Shown: positions 44,833-55,226 of the stretch, one piece after another
How the letters are laid out: every line of letters begins with the position of its first letter
Numbering within the stretch: position 1 is the stretch's first letter
NCBI GenBank assembly: GCA_963663865.1
Contig: OY760686.1
Location: 2,336,001-2,400,000, forward strand
Direction of reading: 5' to 3'
Length of the DNA: 64,000 nt
Source of the DNA: Spirochaetota bacterium
GTDB taxonomy: Bacteria > Spirochaetota > UBA4802 > UBA5550
Program-made: the position numbers and the translations under genes
The notes under the pieces: generated by a model
Told to the model about the DNA's origin: nothing
What the model saw: the letters and a program-made list of their open reading frames with translations, nothing else
The model's database searches: none

Positions 44833-47043
44833 ATGCCAAAATCCAGGCAATTCAAATACAACCGGCTCATAATCGCGGCCTACAGGCTTCCATTTAAGCT
44901 CGTCAAGAGAAAGGATTCATTCAAGGCGGTGCAGAACGCCGGAGGCCTGGTTTCCGCAATCTTCGCTCTCTCGAAAAAAATGAGCGCCTCAAACAGCATG
45001 TCATCCAAGATAATCTGGATAGGCGAAGGCGATCCCAGGCTCGCTGATGATACCAGCACAGAGTTCCAGCTTCTGCCGGTCAATATCCCCGATAAAATGA
45101 ATGAAAAGTTCTACAGCGGATTCTGCAATAAAACGATATGGCCTCTCTTCCACTACTTCACCTCAATTTCGCGTTTTGACTCGTCGTTCTACGAGGAGTA
45201 CCGCAACGCGAACGCTATTTACTACGAAGAGCTGAAAAAAATCATTCAGCCCGGCGACTTTATCTGGGTCCACGATTACCATCTTTTCTTTCTGCCCGAA
45301 ATGATCAGAAAGGATTTTCCTGAACAGGACATCGGCTTTTTTCTTCACATCCCATTCCCATCCTTTGAGGTTTTCAGGATAATGCCGAGAGAATGGAGGC
45401 GCGGTATAATCAATGGTATGCTCGGCTCTGATTTGATCGGCTTTCACACGAACGATTACGCTCAGCATTTTCTCAAATCTGTAAGGCGGACACTGGGTTA
45501 CGACATAAGAGATAACTACATCCGTTACGAGGACAGGCTTATACGGGCTGATGCGTTTCCTATAGGCATTGATTACCAGAAATTCCACAGCGCGACCGCC
45601 GCAAAAGCCGTCGGCAGAGAGAAAGAAAAACTGTTGAAACAGCTTTCGGGGAAAAAACTTATTTTCTCTGTTGACCGCCTCGATTACACGAAGGGACTGC
45701 TCACCAGACTCCTTGCTTATGAGCGCTTTCTCGAAAAACACAGTGAATGGCACGAAAAAACTGTTTTCAATATGGTTGTCGTTCCCTCCAGAGATAACAT
45801 TGACAGATACAAAAAAATCAAGAGAGAGATTGATGAAAATGTCGGGCGCATAAACGGCCGTTTCAGCACCATCTCGTGGAGACCGATCATCTATCAGTAC
45901 AAGTCGCTGAGCTTCAATGAGCTTGTTGCACTTTACAATCTCAGCGATGTCGGGCTGATTACACCTATCCGTGACGGAATGAATCTTGTCGCGAAGGAGT
46001 ATATCGCCTGCCAGACAGACGATCCCGGAATGCTCATACTCTCGGAGATGGCCGGCGCAGCTGCCGAGTTGACCGAGTCAATGATAATCTCGCCATACGA
46101 CATTGAGGAAACAGCCGACACTGTCCATGAGGCCCTCAAGCTCAGCGGAAACGACAAAAGCTCCAGAATATCCATCATGCAGAACCGTATCAGCCGCTAC
46201 AACGTATTCACATGGGCGATGCACTTTTTCAACCAGGCAGGCGAAGTAAGAATGGCGCAGAAGAAACTCAGTGTAACATATCTAAACAAAGAAAAAATAT
46301 CTGAGATGAGAAAAATGTACTCATCCTCATCAAAGCGAATATTCTTTATTGACTATGACGGAACATTAGTCCCCCTCGAGAAATATCCCGAAAGGGCGGC
46401 AATAAACGCCTCCGCCGTAAAGACCGTCGAGTTCCTTTCCTCTGACCCTCTCAACAGGGTAATAGTCATCAGCGGCCGGGAAGCAGCCTTTCTGGAAAAA
46501 CAGTTTAAGAACATGAATGTAACCCTCGTCGCGGAACACGGCTATCTGACACGGGAACCCGGACAGGAGTGGACGGCTCAGAAAAGGGACATCAACCTCG
46601 GATGGAAGGACAAGATAATGCCCCTTTTGAATGAATATGTAGACAGGCTTAACGGCACTTTCATTGAAGAAAAGAAAGCCTCTTTAGCCTATCACTACAG
46701 GAACGCCGATCCTGACTACGCTTCAATACGGATAAACGATCTCAAATTTGATCTGGCGGATATCCTCAAGGATGAACCAAAGCTTCAGCTTATTGAAGGC
46801 CATAAAGTCGTCGAGATCAAGAGCGTTCTCTACGACAAGGGAACTGCGGCAGCGTCCTTTCTCAAGCGGGGCGAATACGATTTCATCTTTGCGGCAGGCG
46901 ATGACAGAACCGATGAGGACATGTTCGCGGTAATGCCTGAAAACGCTGTTACGCTGAAAATCGGGGCTGATCCTTCAAACGCCAGGTTTAATCTGAAGAA
47001 TCAGGCTGAGGTTTACGGCTTTTTTAGTATGCTCGCGGAGTAA
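44833..47043 (+). CDS. otsAB: Bifunctional trehalose-6-phosphate synthase/phosphatase (OtsA-OtsB fusion)
   Basis: WVHDYHL, FLHIPFP, VDRLDYTKG, DGMNLVAKEY; HAD motifs DYDGTL and GDDRTDEDMF. Confidence 0.95.
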   Translation: MPKSRQFKYNRLIIAAYRLPFKLVKRKDSFKAVQNAGGLVSAIFALSKKMSASNSMSSKIIWIGEGDPRLADDTSTEFQLLPVNIPDKMNEKFYSGFCNKTIWPLFHYFTSISRFDSSFYEEYRNANAIYYEELKKIIQPGDFIWVHDYHLFFLPEMIRKDFPEQDIGFFLHIPFPSFEVFRIMPREWRRGIINGMLGSDLIGFHTNDYAQHFLKSVRRTLGYDIRDNYIRYEDRLIRADAFPIGIDYQKFHSATAAKAVGREKEKLLKQLSGKKLIFSVDRLDYTKGLLTRLLAYERFLEKHSEWHEKTVFNMVVVPSRDNIDRYKKIKREIDENVGRINGRFSTISWRPIIYQYKSLSFNELVALYNLSDVGLITPIRDGMNLVAKEYIACQTDDPGMLILSEMAGAAAELTESMIISPYDIEETADTVHEALKLSGNDKSSRISIMQNRISRYNVFTWAMHFFNQAGEVRMAQKKLSVTYLNKEKISEMRKMYSSSSKRIFFIDYDGTLVPLEKYPERAAINASAVKTVEFLSSDPLNRVIVISGREAAFLEKQFKNMNVTLVAEHGYLTREPGQEWTAQKRDINLGWKDKIMPLLNEYVDRLNGTFIEEKKASLAYHYRNADPDYASIRINDLKFDLADILKDEPKLQLIEGHKVVEIKSVLYDKGTAAASFLKRGEYDFIFAAGDDRTDEDMFAVMPENAVTLKIGADPSNARFNLKNQAEVYGFFSMLAE

Positions 47044-47066
47044 ACCCCCTTCAGGCTGTACTAAAC

Positions 47067-47093
47067 ACGTCTCCGCGCGACCCGCGGAGACGT
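47067..47093. terminator. Strong hairpin after otsAB
   Basis: ACGTCTCCGCG-loop-CGCGGAGACGT; no clear U-tract. Confidence 0.55.
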
Positions 47094-47276
47094 AATCTGC
47101 GTGCGAGTGTCAATCTTCATCTGTTTTTTCCTTGCCTAATATACAGCTGAATCAATATTTATCCTGACAACCTGGTCAACTACCGGGCACAGCAGGGAGC
47201 AGCGCGTCTTTTAACTGTTTTTCCGGATACGCTAGGTCAGAATACTATAAAACAATTGTTCCCGGTCACGGTTTAA

Positions 47277-48512
47277 ATGAAAACATCAAAAACACCTGAA
47301 ATCCTCTCGCCGGCAGGAAGCCTTGAGAAACTAAAGTTCGCGGTCCACTACGGCGCTGACTCAGTCTACCTGGGAGGAGAGGCCTTTAACCTGCGTTCAA
47401 GGGCCGGAAACTTCACCGAGGCCGAACTGGAAGAGGCCTCCGAGTTCTGCAGACAGCGGGGAGTAAAAACCGTGTTTCTCATGAACGCCTTCCTGCATGA
47501 AGATGACCTCGATATGGTCAGAACCTATATCAGCTCTGTGAAAAAATTCCGCTTTGACGCTGTAATGGTATCTGATCCCGGAATGCTTTACATGCTCCGT
47601 GACGAAGGCATCGAAAGCGAGATTCACCTGTCCACCCAGATGAACACTCTCAACCACCTCGCTGTAAGGTTCTGGCAGGAAGCCGGTTTCTCAAGGATAG
47701 TCCTGGCCAGGGAAACCACGCTTGATGAAATAAAAAAAATCAGGGAGCACACTGACATCGAACTTGAGGCATTCATCCACGGGGCGCTGTGCGTCGCCTA
47801 CTCCGGGAGATGTTTGCTCAGCCGCTACATGACCGGCAGAGACGCCAATCAGGGAGACTGTGTTCAGCCCTGCCGCTGGAACTACGCGCTCGTAGAGGTA
47901 AAACGCCCGGGAAACTATCTTGACATTCGTGAGCACGCGAGAGGAACCGAGATTCTTTCGTCAAAGGACCTCTGCCTCATTGAGCACCTCGATGAATACA
48001 CCTCCGCTGGAGTAGATGTATTCAAGATTGAGGGCCGCATTAAATCCATCTATCACGCGGCTAACACAACAAGAATATACCGCGACGCGAGGGACAGCAT
48101 TGGAACCGACCGGTTCAAGGCGGACATGCCGTTCCGCCTTTCAGAGCTTGACCTTGTCAGCCACCGGCCCTATACCGACAACCTTTTCAATGAGTTCAAC
48201 GGCATGGAGTTTACAGGGATTCCCTATGTGAACAAAACACTTTTCATGGGCTGTAAAACCGGTACCGGATTAGATAAACGTGAGGCTGAAATCAAGGTCT
48301 TCAATCCCATAAGGCCCGGCGATACGATGGACGCCATTTTCCCGATTCACAGCGGGGTCGTAAGGGACAGGGCTTTCTCTGTGCTTAAAATTACTGACAG
48401 TGAAGGCGAAGATGTTTCCATAGCCATTCCCGGTAAAACATACAATATCAAATTCGACGCTGACATGGACGATCATGCCATTTTGCGTCAAAGAACAGAT
48501 TCTGACAGATAA
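47277..48512 (+). CDS. U32 family protein (TrhP/YegQ-like tRNA hydroxylation)
   Basis: PEILSPAG, HLSTQ, HGALCVAYSGRCLLS, CVQPCRW, KIEGR motifs. Confidence 0.9.
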   Translation: MKTSKTPEILSPAGSLEKLKFAVHYGADSVYLGGEAFNLRSRAGNFTEAELEEASEFCRQRGVKTVFLMNAFLHEDDLDMVRTYISSVKKFRFDAVMVSDPGMLYMLRDEGIESEIHLSTQMNTLNHLAVRFWQEAGFSRIVLARETTLDEIKKIREHTDIELEAFIHGALCVAYSGRCLLSRYMTGRDANQGDCVQPCRWNYALVEVKRPGNYLDIREHARGTEILSSKDLCLIEHLDEYTSAGVDVFKIEGRIKSIYHAANTTRIYRDARDSIGTDRFKADMPFRLSELDLVSHRPYTDNLFNEFNGMEFTGIPYVNKTLFMGCKTGTGLDKREAEIKVFNPIRPGDTMDAIFPIHSGVVRDRAFSVLKITDSEGEDVSIAIPGKTYNIKFDADMDDHAILRQRTDSDR

Positions 48513-48521
48513 GGAGATACC

Positions 48522-49769
48522 ATGATTCATAAAGCGCCCGGCGTTGAGGATATATTCCCGGATAAAATCGACAGATGGAACCTTGTTCAGAACACAGCCC
48601 GCGAAGTCTTCAAAAGATACAACTACAGGGAGATAATATTCCCGATAATGGAATATACCGAGGTATTTTCACGAGGCCTCGGCGACGAAACGGATATTGT
48701 TTCCAAGGAGATGTTTACGTTTGAGGACAGGGGCGGCAGAAGCCTCACACTACGGCCTGAAGGCACTGCTTCGGTCGTCAGGGCCTATGTTGAAAACGGG
48801 GAATTCAACCGGCTTGCGATTAACAAGTTTTTCTACTCCGGCTCAATGTTTCGCGCAGAAAGGCCTCAGCGGGGACGCCTTAGACAGTTCAACCAGATAG
48901 GTGCTGAACTCTTCGGAGGGTCAGATCCCTACTATGACTACGAGATTATTGCAATGATCCGCGACATTGCCGACAGCATTGGAATAAAGGACTATACCGT
49001 TCTAATCAACTCAATTGGCTGTCCAGAATGCCGTTCCGGGTATATTTCCAGGCTCAGAGAGTACTACACCGGCAAAGTGGATGAGCTTTGCGCGGACTGC
49101 CGCAAGAGGCTCTCCGGAAACACTTTACGGCTTCTTGACTGCAAGCAGGAAAAATGTGGCATATTGAAATCCGAAGCGCCCCTCATAACAGACTTTCTTG
49201 ACGATGAGTGCAGAGAGCATCATGAGAAGCTTAAATCCTACCTCGACAATGCGGGTATTGCATATCGGGAAGATCCTTATCTTGTCAGGGGGCTTGACTA
49301 CTACAACAGGACAACCTTCGAGTTTGTCTCTGCCGCTCTGGGCGGACAGAACGCATTCGCGGCAGGCGGCCGCTACGACAGCCTCGTTGAACAGTTTGAA
49401 GGCAGTCCGACTCCGTCGGTCGGTTTCGCTGCTGGTGTTGAGCGCATGCTCCTGCTGATTGAAGATAGAGAAGTTGAAAAATCAGGAATTGCCGCCTTCA
49501 TTGTACATACCGGAGGACCCGCGCTTGAGGCCGCCACTGATCTCGCCGCAAAGCTTCGAAGTGCAGGAATTTCAACCGATCTGGACCCGGCATCGAAGGG
49601 ATTCAAAGCGCAGTTCAAGCGTGCCGACCGTGAAAACGCCAGATTTGCTGTTGTAATCGGAGAAGATGAACTTACGGCTAAGAAATACACCGTCAAAGAC
49701 CTCCATTCGGGGGAACAGAAAAATCTCACACAGGAAGAACTTTTTTCGTTTCTGGGGGAATCTCAGTGA
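48522..49769 (+). CDS. hisS: Histidine-tRNA ligase
   Basis: LRPEGTA, FRAERPQRGRLRQFNQ, VRGLDYY, GGRYD motifs. Confidence 0.97.
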   Translation: MIHKAPGVEDIFPDKIDRWNLVQNTAREVFKRYNYREIIFPIMEYTEVFSRGLGDETDIVSKEMFTFEDRGGRSLTLRPEGTASVVRAYVENGEFNRLAINKFFYSGSMFRAERPQRGRLRQFNQIGAELFGGSDPYYDYEIIAMIRDIADSIGIKDYTVLINSIGCPECRSGYISRLREYYTGKVDELCADCRKRLSGNTLRLLDCKQEKCGILKSEAPLITDFLDDECREHHEKLKSYLDNAGIAYREDPYLVRGLDYYNRTTFEFVSAALGGQNAFAAGGRYDSLVEQFEGSPTPSVGFAAGVERMLLLIEDREVEKSGIAAFIVHTGGPALEAATDLAAKLRSAGISTDLDPASKGFKAQFKRADRENARFAVVIGEDELTAKKYTVKDLHSGEQKNLTQEELFSFLGESQ

Positions 49770-49776
49770 GATTTTC

Positions 49777-49802
49777 ATATCCCGCTCATGCGAGCGGGAT
49801 AT
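49777..49802. terminator. Hairpin between hisS and the convergent island gene
   Basis: ATATCCCGCTC-ATGC-GAGCGGGATAT. Confidence 0.7.
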
Positions 49803-49823
49803 TCTGACATCAAATTCAAATTA

Positions 49824-50891
49824 TCACTGATACACCAGAGCATCAACTGAGATTTGATAGCATGCTTCGCCATCACAATCGACATCTGGAACAGTCCATT
49901 CACCGTTTTTGTAATAGCCGCCAATAGTATAAGTGTGACCTTCATCGCCTGATTCATAGTCGTAAGACAAATCAGCAGATATGTATACATCGGTATCTGT
50001 AACAACCAGGGATGTTAGATCAGCATGTCCTGTATAGGTATTTTCCAATGTTATATTTTCGTCCGGGTAATCATAAGGAGTCCATACCGAGTCATGCCAC
50101 AAGCCGGGTGTTAAAAAATCTGCAGATGCAGCGATATATATTCCATTGTTATTTACAACTATTCTATGGCACACCCCTGACCCTGTTTGCAAAGTGTCAA
50201 TTGGTATCCATTCACCATTCTTCCAATAGCCGCCTGAATTGCCGACTTGAGAATTGTAAATACTACCGCATGCATAAATATCGCTGTTATACTTGCATAT
50301 TCCTGTCACACTTCCAGTATATTCAAGGCTGTCGTCGGGGAGAGCGAGAGAAATATATTCACCATTATGGTAGTATGCCGGTTTATTGTTATATCTGCCT
50401 CCGATATAAATATCGCTGGCATCTCCGCAGAATGACCTGACGCTAAAGTTAGTATCAAGTTGTGTTACAGAATCATTCAAAAAGAAATAATTGGGGGAAA
50501 TAATGCCGTAAATATTGTTGTTGCTTGCTGCTATGCCTGTGACACTGCGATGGATATCTTCGTCAAGATATTTCCATTCCCCATTAGTCCAGTATCCGGG
50601 AGTTATAGACTCATCCGAAGAATTGGCCGCTCCTCCTATATACAGATTCGCTCCATCGATTGCAGCACAGTAAACATAAGGACTTGAAGGAGCGGTTGGG
50701 CTTGAATCAGAGAGAGAAAAGAATTCTCCATCATGATACCATCCAGCAGGATCTTCAGAACTGGACTTGTTTAGTATTATATATAGTCCTGAAAGTGGGT
50801 CTTCTGAAGTTTGATTGTTGTTATCGTTATCATCACAGAATATATTTGGAAGCAGTAATGTGATTAGTAGTAATTTTGTAATTGATTTCAT
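49824..50891 (-). CDS. Lipoprotein with six G(Y/W)(W/Y)xNG repeats (beta-propeller-like)
   Basis: ATG 50891 after GGAG; spirochaete-like lipobox NIFC; repeats GWYHDG, GYWTNG, AYYHNG, GYWKNG, GLWHDS, GYYKNG. Confidence 0.8.
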   Translation of the reverse strand: MKSITKLLLITLLLPNIFCDDNDNNNQTSEDPLSGLYIILNKSSSEDPAGWYHDGEFFSLSDSSPTAPSSPYVYCAAIDGANLYIGGAANSSDESITPGYWTNGEWKYLDEDIHRSVTGIAASNNNIYGIISPNYFFLNDSVTQLDTNFSVRSFCGDASDIYIGGRYNNKPAYYHNGEYISLALPDDSLEYTGSVTGICKYNSDIYACGSIYNSQVGNSGGYWKNGEWIPIDTLQTGSGVCHRIVVNNNGIYIAASADFLTPGLWHDSVWTPYDYPDENITLENTYTGHADLTSLVVTDTDVYISADLSYDYESGDEGHTYTIGGYYKNGEWTVPDVDCDGEACYQISVDALVYQ

Positions 50892-50917
50892 AAGTATTCT
50901 CCAATAAATTCCATTTT

Positions 50918-52897
50918 TCAGTAGAATGTTACATACAGGTTGTAATCTCTGCAAACAACCCAAGGATAAACACCTACAGCATTCCATGCGTCACAAATAG
51001 CGAATCCAGTATTTACAAAAGTAGAAGTGTCCATTCCATTTCCATAATTGTATTCATCGCAAAGAGCCCAGAGCCATGCATTAGCTGAGTCGAGAAATGT
51101 CGCATCAGAAGATAAATAGTTGATTAAAGCGCTCATGGCTATTTTACCAGCTGCCTGAATACCTATACCGTTAACTGAGTAAGTAATTCCTGCTTCATTA
51201 GTCCCTGAGCCACCTTCGCTTAGCAGATAAAATGCATAGCTTTGGACCATTGACCTTGCATAATCTCCTGCTCCATAATTGTTAGTGAGGTTCCAGTTCT
51301 CTCCATTATAATAATCTAAACCGTAAATTCACGTTGCGATTTCAGACCCCTCTGGATTTCTCAAATCTCTTGAAGCTATTATTGAAATCCATGAGTCTTC
51401 ACCCAAATACCAGTCAAAATGTCCGGGAATAACATCAGGATATACTGAAGTTCCGTCTGGTTGATAATAGTTTTCAACTATAACGGAAAATATATCAGAG
51501 TAAGACTCATTTAGAGCCATTGACTCTGCATTGTAAACGTAAGTCAAGTTTGATGAAAAGTTTGTAATGGCATGACAAAATTCGTGAGCTACTACATCAA
51601 GAGTAGCTGTAGCTGCTCGGTCGGCAGTTGGCCTGTAAAAATAGAATGCACAAAATGGATACGGTTGAGTTCTTTCATAAAATCCACCAAAATTTGTATC
51701 GATATATTGTGTGTTAAGTTCTGAATCAATATATAATACTGCAGGACATGACACTTCTATTCCCAATTCTGAATCATAGTTGTTATTATTAAAACTATTT
51801 CTTCCTAAGACATCATGTGTGTATTGCATGACCCTGGTGATATTGTACGCTGCCGATACAGCTGAAGAGGAAATATTCGAATCCTCAAGTTCAGACTCTG
51901 TAAATGAAACAATATAACCTACAGATTTATAATCATTATAATTTGTGTAATTAGCATTTTCTGGAAATAAATCACATATTTTAATAATAAATCTTTTATA
52001 TGTATTAGAGCTGTTGGTTTGTAGATTTTGAAATATATACGACTCGGTTCCTTCAATAATATCATAGCAGTAACCACCTGAGCCCGTTATACCGTCATAA
52101 CCGAGTAGTGCGGGGAAACTGACTGTACTACTACTGTTTCTTTCACCTTCAAGAAGATAACCACTGGCGGTTATTGGTTCCGTGAAATATGCGACAGGAT
52201 CATCTTTCATTTCCGTTGCAATATATTTATTATCAACTTCAGAACCGTTTTGTGCATCTACATATAACAAACATGTTTTGTTTGGTTCAATTTCGGTATT
52301 TATGTAGTAAATTTCATGACACAACAACGCATTTTTGATTACAAGCCGAACGCTGTCTTTGTCTATATATGGGAATTCACTTTCATGGGTTTCCTCTACC
52401 AGAGAAATGGCCTCTTCAGCAGTTATACCAAGTTTGATTGAAAGTCCTTCAACTTCAAGCATTTTGCCATGAATAAAATACACTTCACCTTTAGGGCTTG
52501 TATGTTCTAACAGCTCTGCTCCAATAACTTCCAAGCCTTTATAGTACTGCTTGTATCTCTTATGAGTGATACCAATTGTATCAGTGTCGGAAGTCTTTTC
52601 AAGTGCTTCTGAATCAAACTGCTCCATCAGTTGCGGGATTGTTTCCTTGTCGAGCTCAAGGGCGTCTGTCGAATTTGAAGTCAATATGGCTTTGGCTGGT
52701 AATTTTGTTATTGCTGCTGACATGTCGCCTGATCTGATAAATATCTCTGAAAGACCATTGGTGTTAATTGCAGATTTTTTGGCTGTTTCCACTCTGCTGC
52801 TACACGAAGTTGAAATTGCTGTTAATAAAAGAATAATAGAAATGAACGAAAAACGAAGAATTGGGAATCGGGAATCATAAAAACCTCCATAAGGCAT
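50918..52897 (-). pseudogene. M4 metalloprotease lipoprotein with one in-frame TGA (51329-51331)
   Basis: STSC lipobox; FTP-like propeptide; VVAHEFCH; ALNESYSD. After the TGA the frame continues IYGLDYYNGENW...SMVQSYAFYLLSEGGSG to 50918. Confidence 0.88.
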
Positions 52898-53149
52898 TAT
52901 TTTTTATATAAATAAATATATGTTTTCAAAGGTGAAGTCAAGGGAAATTTAAGCATAAATCTCACAGTTACAGCAGAAATACACTGCAAAACTTATAAAT
53001 CTGAAAGATTTTAGGTTTATTTCATAAACCTTTTTGTATACTTTCCTAATTAGTATTATATATTATCTTGACATTTTATAGCACCTCTTGACTATATGAC
53101 ATGATCATGAATATTTATATAACTATCTACTTTTCCGGAGGCTTGATAA

Positions 53150-53551
53150 ATGGCATTTATTGAATGGACAGATGAACTTAGTGTAGGAGTGGACATCTTT
53201 GACAACGATCACAGGGAGCTGGTTGCCATTGCAAACAGACTGCATGACGGCATAACAATGGGGTACCAGCAAAATGTCCTCATCCCCACCCTTTATGACT
53301 TGCTCAAATACACCCTGTACCATTTCAGCCGTGAAGAGGGCTTCATGCTTCAGTACTCGTATCCTGACTATGAAGCGCACAGAGAAGAACACGAGAGGCT
53401 TCTCAAGTCAGTCCAGGACTACTACGACCAGGCAAAATCCGGCCAGAATTCAATAACACTGAGCCTCATGGGCTTCCTCAGGGACTGGCTCATCAACCAT
53501 ATTATGGGAAGCGACAGGGATTACCGCGAGTTCTTCAATGGCAAGATTTAG
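53150..53551 (+). CDS. Bacteriohemerythrin
   Basis: WTDELSVG..DNDH, HFSREE, HREEH, WLINHIMGSD. Confidence 0.93.
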   Translation: MAFIEWTDELSVGVDIFDNDHRELVAIANRLHDGITMGYQQNVLIPTLYDLLKYTLYHFSREEGFMLQYSYPDYEAHREEHERLLKSVQDYYDQAKSGQNSITLSLMGFLRDWLINHIMGSDRDYREFFNGKI

Positions 53552-53560
53552 CACTCTTGC

Positions 53561-54934
53561 CTAAATCGAAGAATCTACCTCTTCAACCTCGTAGGGATTT
53601 ACCGCCCCTGACGCGCAAAGATATTCCATAAAAATTCTGAAAAGCACAGGGTCAATTTTCAGAACAGATGATATGTGCTCCTTTTTCATCACCTTAATGA
53701 CTTCAAATGGAGCCTTTGATTTCCCGAACGCCATGGCATCAAAGATATCGGCGATCTCAAGGATTTTAACAGGGAAGAAGGACAGCGAGTCTCCCTCGAT
53801 AAAATCATCCTTGCTGTAGCTTATAAAGTAGGATATATTGTTGTGATCCACTTTTTTGCCGCTTAATCTCGACACAATCGGACAGGTGAAATTATAACTC
53901 CCTCTGCCGCTGTAGTATTCATGGTGCAGCGCGGTCATGGCAAGCACCTCAAACGGGTACTTCTGAGTTCTGATTATCATATTGTAGCCGTTAAGAACGT
54001 GTTTCTTAACCTCCCCTGGGTCAAAGGGATCGGTGCCGTCATGATAATCGATATTGCTTATCTTGCCTATATCGAATAGGAGCGCGCCAAGAGCATAGTC
54101 TACAAGCTCTTTCTCCTTATCAATGCGCCTGATGCCGCCCTTGAAGATTCTTTCTATGCTGATTGAGGTATCAGGAAGACGCTTTCTGTAATACCGCAGA
54201 TATCTTTCCCTGAACACCGCCCTTATCTGCCTCGTAAACAATCCCCTGTCAATGTAGTCGTTGAAAAACACGCAGAACGAAATGAACATTACAAACACCC
54301 TGGATATGTGGTTCATTGTCTTCGAACCCGTATCAATTTTTTCCAGGAGCCTGTAGCTTCCGAATATGTCTTCCGGATTTTCAAGCAGGCCGATGATTAC
54401 TTTAACAATCCAATTCGTTTTAACAATTATACCGGAAATATTATCTCTGACGTTTTCTGAACCTGAACTGTCGACAAGACCGGCATTGTTGGCGTAAAAA
54501 GTCCGGCAAATTACATCTATCATCTTCACAACCAGATCGATATTAAGCTCTTTCGACCCCTTGCTCAGTCCTTCAATGCATTCATCAAGCAGCTCCTCCC
54601 TTTCGATAACTGTGAGCTTGTTAAATTTTTCGACCTGCTGCTTGATTTCGCCGTAATCCTTGAGATGCTTCAGCAAGACGCCCTCTCTGTCAAAGCTCCC
54701 TGACCGGGACATAGTTCCTTCTCTGGCTTTTTCGAGCTTCCCTTTCTCCATATAAAACCTGTAACCGGCAGTATCTTCCTCATTAATAAAGCGGGACAGA
54801 TTCTCAATCGGGATGATTACCATCTGCCCTTCGCTGTTTCTTCTCCAGACCGGGAGCTTGTCCCTGAGAATAATATCAACATCTTCCTTCAAGGCTTCAA
54901 GACTTAGCTCTTTTACTTCCTTTTTGCCGTTCAT
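53561..54934 (-). CDS. Degenerate HD-GYP-like domain protein
   Basis: HISRV, ALLFDIGK, HHEYYSGRGSY, IADIFDAM. Confidence 0.7.
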   Translation of the reverse strand: MNGKKEVKELSLEALKEDVDIILRDKLPVWRRNSEGQMVIIPIENLSRFINEEDTAGYRFYMEKGKLEKAREGTMSRSGSFDREGVLLKHLKDYGEIKQQVEKFNKLTVIEREELLDECIEGLSKGSKELNIDLVVKMIDVICRTFYANNAGLVDSSGSENVRDNISGIIVKTNWIVKVIIGLLENPEDIFGSYRLLEKIDTGSKTMNHISRVFVMFISFCVFFNDYIDRGLFTRQIRAVFRERYLRYYRKRLPDTSISIERIFKGGIRRIDKEKELVDYALGALLFDIGKISNIDYHDGTDPFDPGEVKKHVLNGYNMIIRTQKYPFEVLAMTALHHEYYSGRGSYNFTCPIVSRLSGKKVDHNNISYFISYSKDDFIEGDSLSFFPVKILEIADIFDAMAFGKSKAPFEVIKVMKKEHISSVLKIDPVLFRIFMEYLCASGAVNPYEVEEVDSSI

Positions 54935-55056
54935 ATTGTTTCCATTTCCGGGTATAGTCTACGCCTATATTTTCGGCATTGCCTCACCCATAAGTTAACT
55001 CTCAATATTTTTAAGGATATCAACCCCCTGAATTATTCAGCGAAACAGCAACTATC

Positions 55057-55085
55057 TTGACAATTTCAGGATTAATTATTATGAT
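55057..55085 (+). promoter_or_regulatory. Near-consensus sigma70 promoter
   Basis: TTGACA-17 bp-TATGAT. Confidence 0.75.
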
Positions 55086-55226
55086 TATTGTTCTCAGTCC
55101 GCCTTAAAGACGGACGATAACTGCGTTGCTGCGTAACAGGCTTTCAGCCATATCATCATGGCCACGGGTGAAACAAGTACTGTTTTGCGCCGAAGCTGCC
55201 GCGGCACAGCAAACAGGACTGAACAG

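Noticed and set aside
51290-51331. Selenocysteine at the M4 TGA
   Set aside because: No evident SECIS hairpin follows the codon, and the position does not align with a Cys in the other M4.
53548-53575. CIRCE element (TTAGCACTC)
   Set aside because: Only one half-site is present, and it lies at a gene 3' end.
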